Below, piece by piece: positions 52,248 through 63,949 of a stretch of DNA of 64,000 nucleotides (its first letter is position 1; each line of letters opens with the position of its first letter). The notes beneath the pieces were generated by a model, which saw only the letters and a list, made by a program, of their open reading frames with translations, was not told the DNA's origin and searched no databases. The DNA lies in assembly GCA_963757755.1 (NCBI GenBank), contig CAVWTK010000004.1:445783-509782 (forward strand). Direction: 5' to 3'. The position numbers and the translations under genes were made by a program. Origin of the DNA: an uncultured bacterium. GTDB lineage: Bacteria > Desulfobacterota > Binatia > HRBIN30 > CADEER01.

Positions 52248-53264
52248 ATGCAGATGCGGTGGGCAGGACTCATCTTCGGGGGCACCATGGCGGCGATTGT
52301 CGCGGTGGTGACGTTGGCCGCGCCGCGCGCCGACGCCATGTGCTGCGTCTGCCGCGGCGGTGGCTGCAATGCCGGCTTCTGCATCGACAGCCTCGCCGGC
52401 GCCGTCGCGTGCACCCAGCTCTGCTCCAACGCGAACTGCCCGGACGTGGTGTTCGACAACACCGACAGTTGCAGCGGCGGCTGCAGCGTCGTGGCGGACC
52501 TGCCGACCGCCACCCCGAGTTGGACGCCGACGCAGACCTGGACGCCGAGTCAGACGCCCACGGAGACGCCGACCGCCAGCTTCACCGCGACCACGACCAG
52601 CACCCCGACGATCACCAACACGCCCACCATCACCAACACCGCGACGGTTACGCCCACGCCGAAGCAGTGCTGTCAGAACGACGCCATTCCGGCGTGCGGC
52701 CCGGTCGTCTCGCCGTTCACCTGCAACACGCCGGGCGTCTTCATCAACAACGCCGAATGCAACGGCTCGATCGGCCGCTGCGTGAGCCCGACGATCACGC
52801 TGACACCGTCGATGACGCCGACGCCCACCTCGACGCCGACCAGCACGCCGACGCGGACCGCCACGTCGACGCCGAGCGACACCCCCAAGGTGCCGACGAG
52901 CGTCGATCCGTACAAGTGCTACCGGATCAAGACGACGCTCGGAAAACCCAAGCCGGCGAAGCGCGTGGTCAAGTTGATCGATCAGTTTGGCGCCGAGTTC
53001 AACGCGGTGCTGCGCCCGTTCCTCGAGTGCAACCCCGCCGTGCGCACGGACGGCACGGCGACGCCGGGCACGCTGGCGAACCCGACCGTCCACCTCGTCT
53101 GCTACAAGATCAAGACGGAGAAGAAACCCGGCAACGACGACCTGAAGCTGCCGCGCAAGGTGATGATCCGCGACGAGGTCGAGGCCGATGTGGAATCCAC
53201 CGAGTTCTACGACGTCATGAAGTCGGATCTCGTGTGCATGCCGGCCATCAAAGAGCTGCTCTGA
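52248..53264 (+). CDS. Secreted protein: 10-Cys 'MCCVC' domain, Thr/Pro linkers, internally duplicated C-terminal domain
   Basis: ATG at 52248 follows GGGGAGGGG. The signal peptide ends ...APRADA. The mature part begins [53 protein letters not shown]. It is a paralog of the N-terminus of 59767..60951. Confidence 0.65.
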   Translation: MQMRWAGLIFGGTMAAIVAVVTLAAPRADAMCCVCRGGGCNAGFCIDSLAGAVACTQLCSNANCPDVVFDNTDSCSGGCSVVADLPTATPSWTPTQTWTPSQTPTETPTASFTATTTSTPTITNTPTITNTATVTPTPKQCCQNDAIPACGPVVSPFTCNTPGVFINNAECNGSIGRCVSPTITLTPSMTPTPTSTPTSTPTRTATSTPSDTPKVPTSVDPYKCYRIKTTLGKPKPAKRVVKLIDQFGAEFNAVLRPFLECNPAVRTDGTATPGTLANPTVHLVCYKIKTEKKPGNDDLKLPRKVMIRDEVEADVESTEFYDVMKSDLVCMPAIKELL

Positions 53265-53280
53265 TCCGGGCCCGGCAATC

Positions 53281-53308
53281 GGCGGGCGCCGCTCCGGCGG
53301 CGCCCGCC
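53281..53308. terminator. Perfect 12-bp GC hairpin between convergent genes
   Basis: GGCGGGCGCCGC (53281-53292), loop TCCG, GCGGCGCCCGCC (53297-53308). Confidence 0.45.
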
Positions 53309-53312
53309 AAGC

Positions 53313-54197
53313 CTAGTCCAGCAACGCCGCACCGATAACGCCGGCCGAGTCGCCGAGCTGGTGCCGGCGGATCGGCGTGCGCAGCTCGTCGTTGAAGACG
53401 CAGCGCGCGACCGCCTCACGACCCGCGCCGTAGAGCTCGTCGATCATCGACAGGCCGCCGCCCAACACGACGACGTCGGGATCGAGGATGTCGATGACAT
53501 TGGCGAGCGCGCGCCCGAAGTGCGCGATCAGCTCACCCACCACCTGCGAGGCGAGCCCGTCGCCGGCACGAGCGCGCGCGACGATCGCCGCCGTGTCCGC
53601 CGCGTCGCCACCGCGCTCGCGATAGCGGCGCTCGACGGCTGGTCCACTGATCAGCGCCTCGACGCAGCCGCGGTGGCCGCAGTAACAGTGCGGGCCCTGC
53701 GGATCGATGACGTGGTGGCCCCACTCGCCGGCGATGTGTTGCGGCCCCGACCACAGGCGCCCGTCGATCACCAGTCCGCCGCCGACGCCGGTGCCCATGA
53801 TCACGCCAAAGACGAAGCGGCCACCCTGTCCCGCCCCGCGGCGCGCCTCGGCCAGCGCGAAGCAGTTCGCGTCGTTCTCGACCCGTAGGGGTCCGCCGAT
53901 GCGACGCGCCAGGTCGGCGGGCAGGTCACGGCCGTTCAGGCAGGTGGTGTTCGAGTTCTTCATCAGGCCGGTACGGCTGGAGATCGCCCCCGGGGTCCCG
54001 ATGCCGACACTGACGGCGTCGGGATGAGCGGCGCGGAGCCGGTCGACGAGGGCACCGACCGTCTCGACGATGTGGGCGTAGCCGCGGCCGCTGTCCGTGG
54101 CCACCCGTTGGCGCGCGAGCACCTGCTCGCTGGCGTCGTCGAGCACGGCGCCCTCGATCTTGGTCCCGCCGAGGTCGACCCCGATACGGACCGGCAT
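53313..54197 (-). CDS. ROK family sugar kinase (NagK/Mak-like)
   Basis: IGVDLGGTKIEGAVLD, ENDANCFALAE, and the Zn motif GHH..D..GP.CYCGHRGCVE. Confidence 0.85.
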   Translation of the reverse strand: MPVRIGVDLGGTKIEGAVLDDASEQVLARQRVATDSGRGYAHIVETVGALVDRLRAAHPDAVSVGIGTPGAISSRTGLMKNSNTTCLNGRDLPADLARRIGGPLRVENDANCFALAEARRGAGQGGRFVFGVIMGTGVGGGLVIDGRLWSGPQHIAGEWGHHVIDPQGPHCYCGHRGCVEALISGPAVERRYRERGGDAADTAAIVARARAGDGLASQVVGELIAHFGRALANVIDILDPDVVVLGGGLSMIDELYGAGREAVARCVFNDELRTPIRRHQLGDSAGVIGAALLD

Positions 54198-54322
54198 GCC
54201 GGCTGTCTGACAAGTCGCCGCCGGCGATGCAATCGCGGCAGCCCTGGCCGGCCGTATGGAGATGGGCGAAGGGGTTGGATATAGAACGGGGCTTGTCGTC
54301 TCGGCACGGAGGAATCGCCGTC

Positions 54323-55009
54323 ATGTCCAACTCGCGCGGTCGCACCCTGCTCATCGTCATCATCCTGCTCTCCGCGATCCTGCTCGCGGCCGGCAACATC
54401 CTCTGTCATGCCCTGGTGGTACAGGAGCTGACCGGCACCACCCCGCCGGTCGAGGGTGGCCTGATGCAGCAGATCATCCATTCGATCGGCCAGTCGGTCG
54501 GCCAGAACCCGCACTTCGTCTGGTTCTTCAGCGGCGCCCCGTTGCTGATGGGCGTGATCCTCGCCCTGCTCGTCGGGATGCAGGGCGGCGGGACGACCGC
54601 GGCGGCGGCGAGCTCGGCGGGCGGCGACGGCGCCAGCGAGGGCGCGCTGCGCCTGCTCGCCGTTCTCCAGAAGGAGGGCCGCCTGGTGGACTTCCTCGAG
54701 GAGGACATCCAGCCGTACACCGACGCGCAGGTCGGTGCCGCCGTGCGCGCGATCCACTCCGGCTGCCGCAAGGCGCTGCACGAACGCATGGAGATCACCC
54801 GCATCTTCGGCGAGGAGGACGGTGCGTCGGTCGAGGTCGCCTCGGGATTCGATCCGGCGGCGGTGCGTCTCACCGGCAACGTGCACGGCCAGCCGCCGTT
54901 CCACGGCGTGCTCCAGCACGGCGGCTGGCGCGCCGCGCACGTCTCGTTGCCGAAGACGGCGGGCGTCGACAACGCGATCCTCGCGCCGGCCGAGGTCGAG
55001 ATCGCCTAG
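54323..55009 (+). CDS. DUF2760-like membrane-anchored protein
   Basis: GGAGG lies upstream of the ATG at 54323. There are two N-terminal TM helices, then ALRLLAVLQKEGRLVDFLEEDIQPYTDAQVGAAVRAIHSGCRKAL...GFDPAAVRLTGNVHGQPPFHGVLQHGGWRA...ILAPAEVEI. I recognise this as the DUF2760 core. Confidence 0.72.
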   Translation: MSNSRGRTLLIVIILLSAILLAAGNILCHALVVQELTGTTPPVEGGLMQQIIHSIGQSVGQNPHFVWFFSGAPLLMGVILALLVGMQGGGTTAAAASSAGGDGASEGALRLLAVLQKEGRLVDFLEEDIQPYTDAQVGAAVRAIHSGCRKALHERMEITRIFGEEDGASVEVASGFDPAAVRLTGNVHGQPPFHGVLQHGGWRAAHVSLPKTAGVDNAILAPAEVEIA

Positions 55010-55045
55010 GCAATCAGCGCAGCACGCACAGAGGACCACAGAGCT

Positions 55046-56773
55046 TTGGCAGCCCGTTACGTAGTCGGCATCGACCTCGGCACCACCAACTCAGTCGTCG
55101 CCTATGCGCCGGTGGACGGCAGCGACGCGATCCGCGTTCTGCCTGTCCCGCAGCTGGTCGCGCCCGGCACGACGGAGTCGGCGCCGCAGCTGCCGTCGTT
55201 CCTCTACCTGCCGGCGGCCGGGGAGAGCGCATCGGGCGACGCCATCGTCGGCGCCTACGCGCGCCAGCGCGCGAGCGAGGTGCCGGACCGCGTCATCGCC
55301 TCCGCGAAGTCGTGGCTCTCCTACGCCGGCCCCGATCGCGACGCGGTGCTGCTGCCGTGGGGCGCGACCGACGACGTGCCCAAGCTGTCGCCGGTCGCCG
55401 CGTCGGCGCGCTACCTCGCCCACCTCGCCGACGCCTGGAACACGGCGTTCCCGAAGGATCCGCTCGCCAAGCAGGACGTGCTGCTGACGGTGCCGGCGTC
55501 GTTCGACCCCGCCGCGCGCGAGCGCACGGTGCAGGCCGCCGAGGACGCCGGGTTGCCCACGGTCACGCTGCTCGAGGAACCGCAGGCGGCGCTCTACGCC
55601 TGGATCGACGCCGCCGGCGAGGACTGGCGGCGGCAGGTGACGGTCGGCGACGCGCTGCTGGTCTGCGACGTTGGCGGCGGCACCTCGGACTTCAGCCTGA
55701 TCGCCGCCCGCGATGAAGGCGGCAGCCTCGAGCTCGAACGGGTCGCGGTGGGCGAGCACATCCTCCTCGGCGGCGACAACATGGATCTCGCGCTCGCCCA
55801 CGCGGTGCGCGAGCGCCTCGCCGCCGACGGGACCGCGCTCGATGCCTGGCAGCTGCGCGGTCTGGTCGCGAGCTGTCGCGCCGCCAAGGAGCAGCTGCTC
55901 GGCACCGACCCGCCGGCGAGCCTGCCGGTCGCGATTCTCGGCCGCGGCCGCAAGGTGGTCGGCGGTGCGTTGCGGGCCGAGGTCGCGCGTGACGACGCGA
56001 CGACGTCGCTGGTCGACGGCTTCTTCCCCCGCTGCGCGCTCGGCGATCGCCCGCAGACGCCGCGCCGCACCGGCCTGCAGGAGCTCGGCCTGCCCTACGC
56101 CGCCGATGCCGCCGTCACGCGCCACCTGGCGAGCTTTCTCAGCCGCAGCGCCGATGCCGCTCCCGCCCCGACGGCGGTGCTCTTCAATGGCGGCGTCATG
56201 CGGGCCCCGGCGCTGCGCGAGCGCCTGCTGGCCGTGCTCGCCGGCTGGTATCCCGGGGGCGCCGTCCGCGCGCTCGGCGGCGCCGACCCAGAATTCGCCG
56301 TCGCGCGCGGCGCCGCCTACTACGGGCTCGCCCGGCGCGGCCGCGGCGTGCGCATCCGCGGCGGCATCGCTCGCACGTTCTACGTCGGCATCGAGACCGC
56401 CATGCCCGCCGTGCCCGGCATGCGGCCGCCGATCAAGGCGTTGTGCGTGGTCCCGCACGGCCTCGAAGAGGGCAGCGCGGTCGAGCTGCCGTCGCAGGAG
56501 CTCGCGCTGGTGGTCGGTGAGCCGACGGAATTCCGCTTCCTCAGCTCGACGACGCGCCGCGAGGATCATCCCGGCCTGCTCCTCGACAGCTGGAGCGCCG
56601 ATGAGATCGCCGAGCTGCCGCCGCTGCACACCACGCTCGAGTGGACCGGGCACGAGGGCGCCGTCATCCCCGTCCACCTCGAAGCCGACGTCAACGAGCT
56701 CGGCATCCTCGAGCTGCGCTGCGTCAGCCGCGACGGGCAGCGGTGGAAGCTCGAGTTCAACGTCAGGACATAA
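55046..56773 (+). CDS. Atypical Hsp70-like ATPase (575 aa, no canonical DnaK substrate-binding domain)
   Basis: The actin/Hsp70 NBD motifs are VGIDLGTTNS, LTVPASFD, DVGGGTSDFS, LLGGDNMD and LFNGG. The C-terminal region of about 150 aa is unlike the DnaK SBD but is shared with the next gene. Confidence 0.85.
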   Translation: MAARYVVGIDLGTTNSVVAYAPVDGSDAIRVLPVPQLVAPGTTESAPQLPSFLYLPAAGESASGDAIVGAYARQRASEVPDRVIASAKSWLSYAGPDRDAVLLPWGATDDVPKLSPVAASARYLAHLADAWNTAFPKDPLAKQDVLLTVPASFDPAARERTVQAAEDAGLPTVTLLEEPQAALYAWIDAAGEDWRRQVTVGDALLVCDVGGGTSDFSLIAARDEGGSLELERVAVGEHILLGGDNMDLALAHAVRERLAADGTALDAWQLRGLVASCRAAKEQLLGTDPPASLPVAILGRGRKVVGGALRAEVARDDATTSLVDGFFPRCALGDRPQTPRRTGLQELGLPYAADAAVTRHLASFLSRSADAAPAPTAVLFNGGVMRAPALRERLLAVLAGWYPGGAVRALGGADPEFAVARGAAYYGLARRGRGVRIRGGIARTFYVGIETAMPAVPGMRPPIKALCVVPHGLEEGSAVELPSQELALVVGEPTEFRFLSSTTRREDHPGLLLDSWSADEIAELPPLHTTLEWTGHEGAVIPVHLEADVNELGILELRCVSRDGQRWKLEFNVRT

Positions 56774-56777
56774 CTCC

Positions 56778-56846
56778 TTCACCACGGAGGCACGGAGACA
56801 CGGAGATCGTGGCCTCGTCTCCGTGTCTCCGTGCCTCCGTGGTGAA
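56778..56846. repeat. Composite hairpin element (e): perfect 29-bp inverted repeat of CACGGAG subrepeats
   Basis: TTCACCACGGAGGCACGGAGACACGGAGA (56778-56806), loop TCGTGGCCTCG, TCTCCGTGTCTCCGTGCCTCCGTGGTGAA (56818-56846). The two arms are exact reverse complements. It fills the spacer between the two Hsp70-like genes. Confidence 0.9.
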
Positions 56847-56854
56847 AAAGGCCT

Positions 56855-59627
<2,773 letters not shown>

Positions 59628-59766
59628 CGCGGGCCTCCGGGCCCGTCGGCGCCCGCAGGGCGGCGGCGTGCGTTGCGGGTCGACGCAAACGGTCGAGAAA
59701 ATTGACGGCGCTCCGGCGCACGCGCGCGCCGACGGCGTACCAAGGCGACGCGCAGCGCTGGACGCG

Positions 59767-60951
59767 CTACTGCGGCGGGGCTGCCAGAGCGGCGTTGATC
59801 GCGAGGATCAACTCTTCGATCGTGACCTTGCCGTCGCCGTTGACGTCGAAGGCCGGGCAGACGCTGATCGGGAGATTGCCGAGCGCGATGTTGACGCCGG
59901 TGATCAGGTCCTCGATCGAGACGACGCCGTTGCCGGCGCAGTCGCCCGGAATGGTGGTCGGACTGGGCGACACAGACGGCGTCAGCGAAGGCGTGACCGT
60001 CGGCGTGGCCGTGACGGCACCCGTGCTCGTCGGCGTCACGCTCCCTGTCGGCGTGAGCGTCGCGGCCTGCGTCTGGGTCACCGTGAGCGTGGCGCTCGGC
60101 GAGGTGGTCGCGGTTGCCACCGGCGTCCCTGTCGGCGTGGCGCTCGCCACGCCGGTGGGCGTCCCCGTCGACGTCGAGGTCGGGTCGCCCGTCACCGTGG
60201 GGGGCGGAGTCGCCGTGCCGGTCGCCATGACGGTCGGCGTCGTCGTGCCAGTCGCCGTGCGACTCGCGGATGCGGTGGCGGTCGCCGTCCCCGTCGGGAT
60301 TCCCGTATGCGTCGCTGTCGCCGTCGCGGCCTCGGTCTGGGTGGCGGTCGCCGACGCCGTCGGCGGCTCCGTCCCGGTCGGCGTGACCGAGGCCGTGTCG
60401 GTGGGCGTCGCCGTCGGCGTCGCCGACAGCGCTTCCGTCTCGGTCGGCGTCGCCGAGGGCGCTTCCGTCTCGGTCGGCGTCGCCGAGGGCGTCGCCGATG
60501 GGGTCTCGGTGTCCACCGGCGTCGACGTCGGGGTGGGCGTCTCCGTCATCGTCCCGGTCTCGGTCGCGGTCGCCGTCTGGCTGGTCGTCTCGGTGGCGGT
60601 CGCGGTCGCCGTCACCGACGGAGTCTCGGATGGCGTGGGCGTCGTCGTCGGCGTCTCGCTCGGGGTGGCGGTCGGCAGGTCCGGCTGGCCGTCGCAGCCC
60701 CCGGCGCACGTGTCGGCGCTCTCGAACACCACGTTGGGGCAGTCCGATTGGGCGCACAACATGGCGCAATCGAGCGTGTTGGCGATGCCGTCCACGCAGA
60801 ACGCCGCGCCGACGCAGCCCTCGCAGACGCAGCACATGGCGCCGGCCGACCGCGGCGCGACGCTGATGACCGCGCAGACGAGGAACCCGGCGATGAGGCC
60901 GCGGACCGCGTCCGCTCGCACTCCGTTGAGCCGCTGACGCATGGGCCGCAT
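59767..60951 (-). CDS. Secreted protein: 'MCCVC' 10-Cys domain, very long Thr/Pro/Ala/Glu linker, C-terminal dockerin-like double repeat
   Basis: The signal peptide ends ...APRSAGA. The mature part begins [53 protein letters not shown] linker of about 250 aa follows. The C-terminus is [24 protein letters not shown]...[25 protein letters not shown]. The start is at M 60951 or 60942. Confidence 0.65.
   Translation of the reverse strand: MRPMRQRLNGVRADAVRGLIAGFLVCAVISVAPRSAGAMCCVCEGCVGAAFCVDGIANTLDCAMLCAQSDCPNVVFESADTCAGGCDGQPDLPTATPSETPTTTPTPSETPSVTATATATETTSQTATATETGTMTETPTPTSTPVDTETPSATPSATPTETEAPSATPTETEALSATPTATPTDTASVTPTGTEPPTASATATQTEAATATATHTGIPTGTATATASASRTATGTTTPTVMATGTATPPPTVTGDPTSTSTGTPTGVASATPTGTPVATATTSPSATLTVTQTQAATLTPTGSVTPTSTGAVTATPTVTPSLTPSVSPSPTTIPGDCAGNGVVSIEDLITGVNIALGNLPISVCPAFDVNGDGKVTIEELILAINAALAAPPQ
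60421..60510 (-). repeat. Tandem 30-nt coding repeat in the linker
   Basis: Units are cgccgacagcgcttccgtctcggtcggcgt and cgccgagggcgcttccgtctcggtcggcgt, plus a partial third. They encode TPTETEA(P/L)SA units. Confidence 0.8.
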
Positions 60952-61038
60952 GTGCCACATCGTCACGAGGTTGTCGACTCTTTCTCGCACGTCGGTGCGG
61001 CTCGCATCATCGCAGCGCCCCTGCTATCGGCTGGCCGG

Positions 61039-62334
61039 ATGCGCCTGCCATCGCTCATCACCCGGAGTCGGGTGCCCAACGATCTGGCGGCCGTGACGGC
61101 CATCAACGACGCAGCGGAGGTCGCGCCGCGCGCCGTGGATGTCACCGACGAGGGCGTCGAGGCAATCTGGCGCGCCGCGGTACGCTTGTACGGCAGCGGC
61201 ATCCATCCCGCGCTGCAGCTCTGCGTGCGGCGCCACGGCGAGGTGCTGATCGATCGCGCCATCGGTCACGCGAGAGGCAACGGACCCGCCGACCGCCGGA
61301 ACACCGAGAAGGTCGCGGCGACGCCGGCGACGCCGTTCAATATCTTCTCCGCCTCCAAGGCCGTGACGGCGATGCTCATCCATCTGCTCGTCCAACGGCG
61401 TCAACTCCATCTCAACGATCCGGTATGCGAGTACATCCCCGAGTTCGCCAAGCACGGGAAGGACGGCGTCACCATCCAGCACGTGCTCACGCACCGCGCC
61501 GGCGTACCCAATCTGCCGCGCGACATGATGCGGCTCGATATGCTCGAAGAGGACGGCGCGATCCTCGCGAAGCTCTGCGACACCACCCTCACATGGCGCC
61601 CGGGCCGGCGCCTCGCCTACCATGCGATCACCGGCGGCTTCATCCTCGGCGAGGTCATCAAGCGCGTCAGCGGCAAGCCCATCCGCTCGTTCCTGCGCGA
61701 GGAGATCCTGGCGCCGCTCGGGTTTCGCTGGATGAACTACGGCGTCGCGGCGCGCGACGTGAGCAAGGTGGCGTTGAGCTACTTCACCGGCCCGCCACTG
61801 CTGCCGCCGTTGTCGACGCTGATCGAGCGCGCACTCGGCCTGCCGATGGAGCAGGTCATCACCATCAGCAACGACCCGCGCTTCCTCACCGCGGTCGTGC
61901 CGGCCGGCAACGTCGTCGCCACCGCGAACGAGATGAGCCGCTTCTATCAGCTGCTCCTCGCCGGCGGCACGCTCGACGGCGTGAACGTCTTCGAGCCGCT
62001 CACCATTCGGCGCGCCGTGCAGGAGCAGTCGTACCTCGAGTTCGATCTCACGCTGGTGCTGCCGCTGCGCTACGGGATGGGCTTCATGCTGGGGGGCAAG
62101 ACCCTGAGCCTCTACGGCCCCGACACCAACGAAGCCTTCGGCCACCTGGGCTTCACCAACATCATCGCCTGGGCCGACCCCGAGCGACAGATCAGCGCCG
62201 CCCTGATGACCAGCGGCAAGCCGGTCATCTATCCCGAGATCTACTACCTGCACGATCTGATGTGGACGATCGGCACCGCGTGCACGAAGACCAAGCGGCG
62301 CACCACCCGGACCCGGGTCCGCCGCCGCGCCTGA
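61039..62334 (+). CDS. Beta-lactamase-family serine hydrolase (esterase/PBP-like)
   Basis: ATG at 61039. The SxxK motif is in FSASKAVTAML, and HVLTHRAGV and GHLGF are present. The N-terminal 450-aa extension of the track ORF is antisense to the previous gene and is rejected. Confidence 0.8.
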   Translation: MRLPSLITRSRVPNDLAAVTAINDAAEVAPRAVDVTDEGVEAIWRAAVRLYGSGIHPALQLCVRRHGEVLIDRAIGHARGNGPADRRNTEKVAATPATPFNIFSASKAVTAMLIHLLVQRRQLHLNDPVCEYIPEFAKHGKDGVTIQHVLTHRAGVPNLPRDMMRLDMLEEDGAILAKLCDTTLTWRPGRRLAYHAITGGFILGEVIKRVSGKPIRSFLREEILAPLGFRWMNYGVAARDVSKVALSYFTGPPLLPPLSTLIERALGLPMEQVITISNDPRFLTAVVPAGNVVATANEMSRFYQLLLAGGTLDGVNVFEPLTIRRAVQEQSYLEFDLTLVLPLRYGMGFMLGGKTLSLYGPDTNEAFGHLGFTNIIAWADPERQISAALMTSGKPVIYPEIYYLHDLMWTIGTACTKTKRRTTRTRVRRRA

Positions 62335-62341
62335 CACGCCG

Positions 62342-63949
62342 ATGAGCACGCGCGCGCGCAAGTTCTGGGGGTGGGGCTACGAGGACGAAGGCCCGACCGC
62401 GGAGCAGCAGGGCCGCATCGCGGCGCTGCTCGGCGCGCGTTTCGGCATCGATCCGCCGGCGGCGCTGCCGCCGCCGCGCATCGACGAGATCGCGCTGCGC
62501 CCGCCGCGCGTCGCGGCGCCGGCGACGCTCGCGCCCCTGTGCAGCGCCGACCCCACCGAGCGCGCCGGCCACACCTACGGCAAATCCTTCCGCGACGTCG
62601 TGCGCGCCCTGGCGCGCGACTACGCCAACCCGCCCGATCTCGTGGCGCGCCCGCGCGACGAAGCGGACGTCGTCGCGCTCCTCGACTGGTGCACGAGCGC
62701 CCGCATCGCCGCGGTGCCGTACGGCGGCGGCTCGAGCGTCGTCGGCGGCATCGAGGGGCCGGACGGGGACGTCTACCGCAGCTGGATCTCGCTCGACCTG
62801 ACGCAACTCGATCGCGTGCTCGAGATCGACCGCGCGTCGCGCGCCGCGCGCATCCAGGCCGGGGTGCTCGGACCGGCGCTGGAGGATCAGCTGCGCCCGC
62901 ACGGCCTGACCCTGCGCCACTATCCGCAATCGTTCGAGTGCTCGACGTTGGGCGGCTGGATCGCCACCCGCTCGGGTGGCCACTTCGCGACCCTCTACAC
63001 GCATATCGACGACTTCGTCGAGTCGCTGCGCGTGGTGACGCCGCACGGCCTCGTCGAGTCGCGGCGCCTGCCCGGATCGGGCGCCGGACCGAGCCCCGAC
63101 CGAATGTTCATCGGCTCGGAGGGCATCCTCGGCGTCATCACCGAGGCCTGGATGCGACTCCAGGATCGGCCGACGCAGCGGGCGTCGGCGTCGGTCGCCT
63201 TCACCGACTTCCTCGCCGCCGCGCGCGCGGCGCGCGCCGTCGCGCAGGCGGGACTGTACCCAGCCAACTGCCGCCTCCTCGACGCCAACGAGGCCGCGTT
63301 GAACGGCGCCGGCAGCGGCACCGAGTCGGTGCTGCTGATCGCTTTCGAGTCGGCCGATCACCCGCTCGACGCGTGGATGGCGCGCGCCCTGGAGATCGCG
63401 CGCGAGCACGGCGGCCAGGTGCCCACTGACGCCGGCGCGACCCGCCACGACGCGACCGGCGCCCGCGAGGGGGCCGCCGGCGCGTGGCGTTCGGCGTTCC
63501 TCGGCGCGCCCTACCTGCGTGACGCGGTGGTCGGCCTGGGGATGATCAGCGAGACGTTCGAGACCGCGATCACCTGGGATCGTTTCGAGGCCTTCCACGC
63601 CGCGGTGATGGGCGCGACCGAAGCGGCGGTGCGGCGGGTGTGCGGCGCCGGCTCGGTGTCGTGTCGCTTCACCCACGTCTACCCGGACGGGCCGGCGCCC
63701 TACTACAGCGTCATCGCGCCCAGCCGCGTCGGCAGCCAGATCCGCCAGTGGTCGGAGATCAAGGCGGCGGCCGCCGATGCCATCATCCAACACGGCGGAA
63801 CCATCACCCATCACCACGCGGTCGGGCGCGACCATCGGCCGTGGTACGACCGGCAACGGCCGGATGGCTTTGCCGACGCGCTGCGCGCCGCCAAACGCGC
63901 GCTCGACCCGGCGGGGATCCTGAACCCCGGCGTGCTGATCGATCCGTAG
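62342..63949 (+). CDS. FAD-binding oxidoreductase (alkyl-DHAP synthase / FAD-linked oxidase family)
   Basis: The N-terminus is KFWGWGYED. The FAD-binding PCMH domain has VVPYGGGSSVVGG, and the C-terminal part has TITHHHAVGRDH and LDPAGILNPGVLI. Confidence 0.85.
   Translation: MSTRARKFWGWGYEDEGPTAEQQGRIAALLGARFGIDPPAALPPPRIDEIALRPPRVAAPATLAPLCSADPTERAGHTYGKSFRDVVRALARDYANPPDLVARPRDEADVVALLDWCTSARIAAVPYGGGSSVVGGIEGPDGDVYRSWISLDLTQLDRVLEIDRASRAARIQAGVLGPALEDQLRPHGLTLRHYPQSFECSTLGGWIATRSGGHFATLYTHIDDFVESLRVVTPHGLVESRRLPGSGAGPSPDRMFIGSEGILGVITEAWMRLQDRPTQRASASVAFTDFLAAARAARAVAQAGLYPANCRLLDANEAALNGAGSGTESVLLIAFESADHPLDAWMARALEIAREHGGQVPTDAGATRHDATGAREGAAGAWRSAFLGAPYLRDAVVGLGMISETFETAITWDRFEAFHAAVMGATEAAVRRVCGAGSVSCRFTHVYPDGPAPYYSVIAPSRVGSQIRQWSEIKAAAADAIIQHGGTITHHHAVGRDHRPWYDRQRPDGFADALRAAKRALDPAGILNPGVLIDP

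Noticed and set aside
60000-60660. Possible CRISPR array or non-coding tandem repeat in the highly repetitive GTCGCC/GTCGGC-rich tract
   Set aside because: There is no alternation of identical repeats with unique spacers. The periodicity is 3n (30 nt) and the tract translates cleanly to a Thr/Pro/Ala/Glu linker inside a coherent secreted protein. The same reasoning applies to 19099-19330 and 26886-26957.
59668-61038. N-terminal 457-aa extension of the beta-lactamase-family ORF (888-aa track ORF)
   Set aside because: The extension is antisense to the Thr/Pro-linker protein gene and is Arg/Gly-rich. Family-typical sequence starts at the ATG at 61039.
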